In this document: in pieces, positions 57,835 through 64,000 of the stretch
Position numbering within the stretch: position 1 is the first letter of the stretch
Layout: each line of letters starts with the position of its first letter
Assembly (NCBI GenBank): GCA_038060895.1
Contig: JBBTCT010000027.1
Span: 1-64,000 of the forward strand
From: Planctomycetota bacterium
Lineage (GTDB): Bacteria; Planctomycetota; MHYJ01; WSZJ01
DNA length: 64,000 nt
Direction of reading: 5' to 3'
The notes under the pieces: generated by a model
Database searches by the model: none
What the model saw: only the letters and a program-made list of their open reading frames with translations
What the model was told of the DNA's origin: nothing
Made by a program: the position numbers and the translations under genes

Positions 57835-59094
57835 ATGACCAAGGCAACAGGTCTGCTTCTTACGAAGCATTCTTGCGCCAGTACGCTCTCCGTGGAAGAT
57901 GCAAGATTTTCAAGGAGGAAGTTCCTTAAGGTTGCTGGCGGTATTGTTGTTGCTTATACTGTGCTTGGCTCTCTTGATGATGTTTTTGCAGACCCTGAAG
58001 TTAAGGTTGAGACTGTTGTGAATAATGGTCCTTCTGAATTACGATACGATTTGGTTTGGATGCCTGAAGGTTATACTGTAAAGGAGCAGGCCAAATTCAA
58101 CAAAGATTTCGAGGCAATTATCAAAGCTTCCGAGAAACGTAAATTTTTCAAAGAGTATGGCAATTTGTTTAACTGGCACAGGATTTGGGTGCCGTCTGAG
58201 AATGCGTGGACAAAGTCAGGCGGAACTGGAACTGTTTTCGACATCGAAGATAAGGAAGGTCAAATCATGGTCAATAATAAACAAAAAATGAAGGAACTTT
58301 CTGGCAAAGCCAAAACTGATTTACCGTGTATACTTGTTAATGCTGCGGCAAGACTTGGATACACCACCCAGGAATTTTTAATAGCTGATCTTAATTTCAA
58401 TAGTGCAATTCACGAACTCGGTCATGGTATAGGCGCACTTGAAGACGAATATGATAAGTCTATTGACAAACGGAGCAAAGGCATTAATACATCTATTGAC
58501 GAAAAAAATCCTCCTTGGAAAAAACTTGTAGATAACAAAGTAAAAGGCATTGGTGTGTATCAATGCAAAGATTTCAATGGAAAAGTAATTCCGGGTTATT
58601 TCAAAGGTGAGGAAGCCAAGTGTTTGATGGAAGCTGTTGGTGAAGACATGGACTACGGCATCCTTTGCACTAACGGCATGATTCTCGGCTTGCGTAAAGA
58701 AATCGGCGTGATTGCTTCTGCTCCTGCAGAAGGTGTTATTAGTGTTAAGAAAAATGTTCCTGTTGGCATAGTTTTAGAAACTCTTGCTTCAAGAACTTAT
58801 ATTCCAACTGTGAAAGCAGGTTATGCTTCTGGCACTCCAGAAGAGATGGATGCTTTGGCAGGTCAATTGAGAGCTGGCAAGTTGTCTGTTGATTCTTTTG
58901 CAGACAAGACCAAGTACAAGTCAGCCACAATGGCTAATGTGAAGAACAAGTCAACCTTGACGGATAAGCTTGGTCCGGGTTCTTATGTTGTTGCTGTTGT
59001 TGTTCAGGATTCAAATCCTGCAATTCTTTTGGACCCGAATGGTGTTACAAGAGCTCAACGTGTTTATCGTGTTGATGTTGGTACTGATAAGTGA
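57835..59094 (+). CDS. Tat-exported M64 (IgA protease)-like metallopeptidase
   Basis: SRRKFLK Tat signal; NNGPSELRYDLVWMPEGYT; HELGHGIGALEDEY zinc motif; CLM; GGAGGTG RBS. Confidence 0.8.
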   Translation: MTKATGLLLTKHSCASTLSVEDARFSRRKFLKVAGGIVVAYTVLGSLDDVFADPEVKVETVVNNGPSELRYDLVWMPEGYTVKEQAKFNKDFEAIIKASEKRKFFKEYGNLFNWHRIWVPSENAWTKSGGTGTVFDIEDKEGQIMVNNKQKMKELSGKAKTDLPCILVNAAARLGYTTQEFLIADLNFNSAIHELGHGIGALEDEYDKSIDKRSKGINTSIDEKNPPWKKLVDNKVKGIGVYQCKDFNGKVIPGYFKGEEAKCLMEAVGEDMDYGILCTNGMILGLRKEIGVIASAPAEGVISVKKNVPVGIVLETLASRTYIPTVKAGYASGTPEEMDALAGQLRAGKLSVDSFADKTKYKSATMANVKNKSTLTDKLGPGSYVVAVVVQDSNPAILLDPNGVTRAQRVYRVDVGTDK

Positions 59095-59367
59095 ACTGAT
59101 TTAGCCGACACTCAGAATTGGAATTTTCAGAAGCGCTTGAATCTCTCTTGAATATGCTAAGTAAGGCTAGTTTATGCCCATATCTGTTGAACACCTAGGC
59201 ACGAATGATGCCATCTGTCGTCAAAAATTATGCTCCTCAAAGCGCCAGGGACGGACTTAACTTAGCTGTATTTTGAGGGTTAGGAGGACGCCTGCAAGAT
59301 TTTTCTTGACTGCACCGCCGTACTCGTTCATTCTATTGTACGGCTCAGACTCTTAAGGAGACTAAAG

Positions 59368-59592
59368 ATGATGCTCACTGTGGAAGAAGGTTCGACTCGA
59401 AAGACGTTCGCGGAAAGGTTCCTGAAAGACTACGAAAATAAAGAGCTGAAGTCAGTTGATGCGTGGCGGTGGACTCCTGTCAATCCGGTAACGACACCCA
59501 ATCTAAGCCCTACGTACGATACGTTCACCGCTACGACAGTTCCTACAGGAAACCCGCAATACGCTGATAGCCAGCCCGACAGCGATCCTTAA
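59368..59592 (+). CDS. Putative graspetide (ATP-grasp RiPP) precursor
   Basis: Leader TFAERFL (cf. PFFARFL), Thr/Ser/Asp-rich core ending DSQPDSDP; AAGGAG RBS; 2 nt before the ligase gene. Confidence 0.8.
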   Translation: MMLTVEEGSTRKTFAERFLKDYENKELKSVDAWRWTPVNPVTTPNLSPTYDTFTATTVPTGNPQYADSQPDSDP

Positions 59593-59594
59593 CG

Positions 59595-60572
59595 ATGGCC
59601 GGCAAGCCGACAGTTGTCATTATTTCCCTCGTCACAGATGAACACGTTGTTCATCTGTTGCCGTATTTAGAGAAAAACGCAGTAGTCTATTTTATTAAAC
59701 TTGATTCATTAGCCAATCATAAATTGGTCATAAGTGATTATGGCAAAAACCTGCTAGTTGATGGGCAACACATTGCATGCGAGGAATTGACCTCTCTATG
59801 GCTAAGGCGAAATATTGATATCCCAGACCCTGAGAAGGAACCTGCTAAAATCCTCCAGGTACGAGAAAGTCAGGCTTTATCTCGCTCTCTAAGATCCTTT
59901 CCAGCTAAGCGCAAGGTTTCGGACCAATGGTCAATAAAAGCTTCCGAGGACAAGCTTCATTGTCTACGCATAGCGCAAAGTTGCGGTTGGAAAGTTCCGG
60001 ATTCAATCATAACTAATAATCCGGAAGTCTTACTTGCTTTTTGGAAAAAATACGATGGCAAAATTTGTACAAAAACCATGTCAGTGCCAGTCATACTGAG
60101 CAAGAATGAAAAAGCGAAAGTGTTCTACACGAGTTTGCTCGACTACAAAGATATCGAAGAACGCGCTGCCCTCGCAGGTACAATTCCAATGCTCTTTCAA
60201 CAGTACATTGAGAAAGCATATGAAGTGAGAAGCACAGTAGTTGGAAAGCAGGTTTATTCTGCGGCGATCTATTCACAAAAATCAGATTTAACAAAGACTG
60301 ATTGGAGAAATTATGATTTCCCGAATGTGCCACACTTTCCTATTAACCTGCCACCGGAAGTTGAGCAGAGGCTCCTTTCAACGATTAAAAGGCTGGGTCT
60401 CAATTTTGCCGCTTGTGACTTGATCGTCACTCCGGATAACGAGTATGTATTTCTAGAAGCTAATCCAGTGGGACAATGGCTCTGGATTGAGCAATTATGC
60501 GGTTTGCCCATATCAGAAGCTCTCTGCTCGCTTCTTTGTTTTAACTCCGCGCCATTGATTGAAGAGAAATAA
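59595..60572 (+). CDS. MvdC/MvdD-family ATP-grasp RiPP macrocyclase
   Basis: SLWLRR, DK...L..A...G..VP.S.ITN, FQQYIEKAYEVRSTVVG, DWR, GL.F.A.D, FLEANPVGQWLWIE. Confidence 0.92.
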   Translation: MAGKPTVVIISLVTDEHVVHLLPYLEKNAVVYFIKLDSLANHKLVISDYGKNLLVDGQHIACEELTSLWLRRNIDIPDPEKEPAKILQVRESQALSRSLRSFPAKRKVSDQWSIKASEDKLHCLRIAQSCGWKVPDSIITNNPEVLLAFWKKYDGKICTKTMSVPVILSKNEKAKVFYTSLLDYKDIEERAALAGTIPMLFQQYIEKAYEVRSTVVGKQVYSAAIYSQKSDLTKTDWRNYDFPNVPHFPINLPPEVEQRLLSTIKRLGLNFAACDLIVTPDNEYVFLEANPVGQWLWIEQLCGLPISEALCSLLCFNSAPLIEEK

Positions 60573-60575
60573 ATC

Positions 60576-60941
60576 TTAGCATTGGTATCTTATGGGTACA
60601 TCCAAATTCGACAGTTTGATTCCACGAGGTCTTTCTCGCAGAATATAATGAAATGCCTGTTGCCTCATCAACTTTCGCTTAATTCGAATTGGCCTAACAT
60701 TGGTTCGTCCATACCTTTCCCAGATCAATCCACGGTCCTCTATAGGTTGCATAATTTCATGTTCAAGAACTCGACGAGCATGCATTATGCTTTGAGTTTT
60801 ATCACCTGTAATCTCGGCGGTTAAGAGAAAATCAAACGTATCATATTTAGCATACCTTAGCCTTAGGTTTCGGGTAATGCCCAGTCCTGAATTTTTAAGA
60901 TTACGCGATATCTCTTGTCTGATGGTCTGTAACTTCGGCAT
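60576..60941 (-). CDS. Small basic hypothetical protein
   Basis: 121-aa AT-rich ORF, Arg-rich, convergent with the ligase. Confidence 0.5.
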   Translation of the reverse strand: MPKLQTIRQEISRNLKNSGLGITRNLRLRYAKYDTFDFLLTAEITGDKTQSIMHARRVLEHEIMQPIEDRGLIWERYGRTNVRPIRIKRKLMRQQAFHYILRERPRGIKLSNLDVPIRYQC

Positions 60942-61000
60942 ACCGTTCTTCCAGACTCGATAGTATTTAATATTTACGGCTAAGCGTTTTATTTGATCTC

Positions 61001-61058
61001 TCCCGAATCTCCCGAATCGCTCCCGAATCTGTCAGACGGAGTTATTCCGTTCCCGAAT
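61001..61058. repeat. TCCCGAAT direct repeats x4
   Basis: Copies at 61001, 61010, 61021 and 61051, near the island right end. Confidence 0.8.
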
Positions 61059-61095
61059 ACCTTGAAACGCCTTGAGTGGATGCCGTCATCCGGCT

Positions 61096-61605
61096 TCAAA
61101 GGTTAAGTACAGCAAGAGCGCCGGCGTGGTCCCCCCCGCCGCACCGGAGCCGCGCGCGCTGGTACCACGCGAGGTCGTTCTGCGGGTCGCGGCGGATCAA
61201 TTCATCGTAGTCCTGCCTCGCGGCCTTTTCCTGGTCGGAATACGCACGCCAGTAGGCGCGGTCATGAAGCGCTTCGAGGTGACCCGGGTCGATTTCGAGC
61301 GCGCGCGAGTATTCGCGGATCATGTCCGAAATGACGCTTTTCGGAAGGTAGATCGGACCCACCCCGAGCCGCCCGCACGCTTCCCTGGAAATCTCGGACG
61401 CCCTCTCGCAGTGCGCATGCGCTTCGGTCTGCCGTTCGTCCGGCGTCAACCGCGAGATCCTCCACCGGTCCAGGCCCTTGACGAACCCGATTCCCAGGAT
61501 CAGACCGACCAGCGGGGCACGAATGATCCGCCACGCCTTGCGTGCGCGCCCCCCGGCCTGCGGCGAGGTCGTTTCGGTCTGTGGATCGGGCTCCACTTTG
61601 TACAC
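61096..61605 (-). pseudogene. N-terminal fragment of TPR protein (truncated by the island)
   Basis: TM then TPRs (EYSRALEIDP, DYDELIRRDP...WYQRAR...GDHAGALA); ends VLNL* inside the island end motif. Confidence 0.75.
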
Positions 61606-61631
61606 TCGCGCCCCTTCAAAAGGAGACGCCC

Positions 61632-62360
61632 GTGAAAGGAATCGTCCTCGCCGGCGGCCTCGGCACGCGAATGATGCCGCTGACCAAGGTGACCAACAAG
61701 CACCTGCTGCCGGTCTACAACAAGCCGATGGTCTATTACCCGATCCAGGCGCTCGTCGACGCGGGGATCCGGGACATCATGATCGTAACGGGCGGCAATT
61801 CGGCGGGGGACTTCCTGAAGCTGCTGGGGAACGGGGAAGAATTCGGGCTGAAGCAGATCAATTATGCGTACCAGAAGGGCGAGGGCGGGATTGCGGAAGC
61901 GCTGGGGATCTGCGAGCAGTTCGGGAAAGGTGAGCGGATCGCGGTGGTGCTCGGGGACAACATCATCGAGCGGAACATTGCCGAAGCGGTGACGAAGTTC
62001 AAGGCGCAGGCGAAGGGCGCGAAGATTCTTCTGAAGGAAGTGCCGGACCCCGAGCGGTTTGGCGTGCCGGAGCTGAAAGGCACTCAGGTCGTGAAGATCG
62101 AGGAGAAGCCGAAGAATCCGAAGTCGAAGTTCGCCGTCATCGGCATCTACATGTACGACGAGCAGGTGTGGGAGTTCATCAAGCGCTGCAAGCCGTCCGG
62201 CCGCGGCGAACTCGAGATCACGGACGTGAATAATTTCTACATCGAGCAGGGGACGATGACGCACGACGTGCTCGATGGTTGGTGGTCTGACGCGGGAACG
62301 TTTGATTCGCTGCTGAAGGCGTCGAAGCTGGTTGCAGAGGGCGGGGCGAACAAGAAGTAG
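61632..62360 (+). CDS. Glucose-1-phosphate thymidylyltransferase-like (RmlA/SpsI short form)
   Basis: KGIVLAGG.GTR..P.T...NKHLLPVYNKPM.YYP, LGDN, EEKP, S.RGELEITD, W.DAGT. Confidence 0.9.
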   Translation: MKGIVLAGGLGTRMMPLTKVTNKHLLPVYNKPMVYYPIQALVDAGIRDIMIVTGGNSAGDFLKLLGNGEEFGLKQINYAYQKGEGGIAEALGICEQFGKGERIAVVLGDNIIERNIAEAVTKFKAQAKGAKILLKEVPDPERFGVPELKGTQVVKIEEKPKNPKSKFAVIGIYMYDEQVWEFIKRCKPSGRGELEITDVNNFYIEQGTMTHDVLDGWWSDAGTFDSLLKASKLVAEGGANKK

Positions 62361-62411
62361 GAGTCTCTCGAGTCGCGTTCAGTTGCCTCTAACGGGCGCG
62401 CCCCCTTGTGG

Positions 62412-63521
62412 CTATTTCAGCGCAGCCGCAACTCCGGCGGCGATCAGCGCCGCGAACGGAAGAGTTGTCACCCACGCGAGCAGGATCGCCGCGATCATCT
62501 TCCACTTTGCGGTGCCGTTGACGGTGCCGATGCCGAAGAGGGCGCCGCAGGAGACGTGGGTGGTTGAGACGGGGAGGCCGAACGCAGTGGCGCAGATGAC
62601 GAGGGATGAGGTGACGAGAGAAGCTGTGAATCCCTGGCCGGTGTTCATGTCGGTAACTTTCTCGCTCATGGTCCGTGCGACCTTCTTCGCGAGTGCGAGC
62701 CCGCCGACCGCCATGGCTGCGGCGACGACCGCTACGCTTCCGCGCACGCCCAGGATCGAAGCGGCCACCGCGAGTGCCGCGATTTTCGGCGCGTCGTTGA
62801 GTCCGCGGGCGAAGGACATCGCGCCTGCCGTCAGGAAGTGGAGTGAGTCGAGGGCCTGCTGGGCGGAGACTCCGGCGACGGCGCCGTTGTAGCGCTGGGT
62901 GCAGCAGGCGGTGGTGCCCGTCTCGAGGGTCGGAATGACCTGGTCCTGCATGTAGGCCAGCGCCGCTGCGGGCGTCGGGCAGGTGGCGACGACTTTCTGG
63001 CCGATGCAGACACAGGATTCGGCGGTGACGCCGAGAGCAAGCCGGGCGCGGCGGAAAAGCAGGTAGAGGAGGAGCGTCGCGAGCATGGCTGCGAGCGGAG
63101 AAAGCGCCAGCGGCAGGGCAAACTTCGTCCCCAGCGTGATCCACTTGAGGTCGCCCGGCGCAAGCACGAGGCCGGCGCCGACGAGCGCTCCGGTCAGGCC
63201 GTGGGTCGTGGAGATCGGGAATCCGATGAGCGTGGCGAGGAGGACTGCTCCCGCGGCGCCGCACGCGGCGCTGAGCAGGAAGGCGGGCTTCGTCGCGACG
63301 GCAGCGGGAACGAGACCTGCGCCCCCGAACGCATTGAAGAGCGCCTCAGCGAACCAGATCGAGATGACGGCCCCGGCGAGTGTCGTGATGGTCGCCCACG
63401 CCATGGCGGGCCAGTAGCGCGCCGTACGCGACCCGAGAATCGTCGCGACGCCCTTTACGTTGTCGTTGGCGCCATTGGCAAAGGCGACGGCGAGGACCGC
63501 GAGGATGAGCGCCGCGGTCAT
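62412..63521 (-). CDS. PiT-family inorganic phosphate transporter with Cys-rich loop
   Basis: NGAND, PISTTH, GLND.PK, GLPVSTTH; loop with CVC, TCP, CCT; TAATG overlap with the upstream gene. Confidence 0.88.
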   Translation of the reverse strand: MTAALILAVLAVAFANGANDNVKGVATILGSRTARYWPAMAWATITTLAGAVISIWFAEALFNAFGGAGLVPAAVATKPAFLLSAACGAAGAVLLATLIGFPISTTHGLTGALVGAGLVLAPGDLKWITLGTKFALPLALSPLAAMLATLLLYLLFRRARLALGVTAESCVCIGQKVVATCPTPAAALAYMQDQVIPTLETGTTACCTQRYNGAVAGVSAQQALDSLHFLTAGAMSFARGLNDAPKIAALAVAASILGVRGSVAVVAAAMAVGGLALAKKVARTMSEKVTDMNTGQGFTASLVTSSLVICATAFGLPVSTTHVSCGALFGIGTVNGTAKWKMIAAILLAWVTTLPFAALIAAGVAAALK

Positions 63522-64000
63522 TAGCAGCATTTCCCGTCGGCGCCGCAGCACTGCCAGTCGGCGGGGCGCTCTCGAGTCGGGTCCGTCACCGCGAACATGC
63601 CCGCCCACGGCGCTTTCTGCAGCTTCGCGGCGGTGTCGGTGCAGACCTCGACGGCGACGCCGCGCGGGAAAAAGTGTCCTTCCTCGTCCACAACGGCTTT
63701 GGCCGGGCCCTGGTAGATGGCCTTCTGCCCGATGAAAACGCAGCCGGCCGTCTTCTCAAACTTGTATCCGCGCACGGTCACGGAGTAGAACGCGAATTGC
63801 TCGACGTTTTTCCACCAGGTTTTCTTGAGGACCTGCAGGCCGTAGAACCCGGCCTTCTCGAGACCCGCCATGAACGCGTCCTCGGTCAGCGCGCCGCTCA
63901 GGCACTCGCCCCAGAGCCGCTCGTTGCCGCGCAGGTGCGCAGGAACCTCTTCCTCGCTCACGATGTCGCTCACCACGATCCGGCCGTGGTCCTTGAGGAC
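63521..64000 (-). CDS. ArsM/AS3MT-like methyltransferase, C-terminal part (runs off window)
   Basis: VSDIV...LWGECLSGAL.E..F...LEKAGF, YSVT.RGYK, CVF.GQ.AIY.GP, D..GH.F.RG...VC; C-terminal CC pairs. Confidence 0.75.
   Translation of the reverse strand, partial: VLKDHGRIVVSDIVSEEEVPAHLRGNERLWGECLSGALTEDAFMAGLEKAGFYGLQVLKKTWWKNVEQFAFYSVTVRGYKFEKTAGCVFIGQKAIYQGPAKAVVDEEGHFFPRGVAVEVCTDTAAKLQKAPWAGMFAVTDPTRERPADWQCCGADGKCC

Larger units (their letters stand above)
57721..61110. mobile_element. AT-rich horizontally acquired island (no integrase/transposase)
   Basis: Abrupt GC drop at both ends; splits a TPR gene; inverted end motifs GGACTTAAC / GTACTTAAC. Confidence 0.8.

Noticed and set aside
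59255-59284. Integron attC site or IS4-type terminal repeat
   Set aside because: RYYYAAC...GTTAGGA spans only about 30 bp without attC-like pairing; no intI or transposase nearby
59595-60572. Ordinary RimK or glutathione synthetase
   Set aside because: The DWR and NPxGQWLW motifs plus an adjacent precursor match RiPP ATP-grasp ligases

Overview
GC-rich bacterial chromosome segment, most likely Planctomycetota/PVC (Verrucomicrobia/Planctomycetes-restricted Minf_1886-like protein, H-X9-DG prepilin-like proteins, triple HtrA cluster). From left to right: tRNA-Lys; a RegB-like redox kinase (GGxxNPF motif, redox-box Cys) with a sigma54 activator, followed by a -24/-12 promoter; an ~18 kb respiratory supercluster (Rieske, split b6-type cytochrome b, octaheme cytochrome c, two cupredoxin-like proteins, ABC pair, SCO-DUF420 fusion, A2-type aa3 oxidase with heme A/O synthases); a partial nuoB-C-I-D cluster; purQ; rnhA; RNase P RNA flanked by two long hairpins; three tandem HtrA-like genes, two of them catalytically degenerate; a B12 radical SAM; a cyclase-STAND protein; tmk-holB-ricT-metG-mgtE-ppx; rpsU; thiS/thiG; a nucleotidyltransferase; and a PiT transporter coupled to an ArsM-like methyltransferase. 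The standout is a ~3.4 kb AT-rich island (57721-61110) that splits a TPR gene and is bounded by (G/T)ACTTAAC motifs. It carries a Tat-exported M64-like metallopeptidase and a compact graspetide (ATP-grasp RiPP) locus. The precursor has a microviridin-like leader but a Lys-free Thr/Asp-rich core. All calls come from motif recognition by eye; no searches were run.
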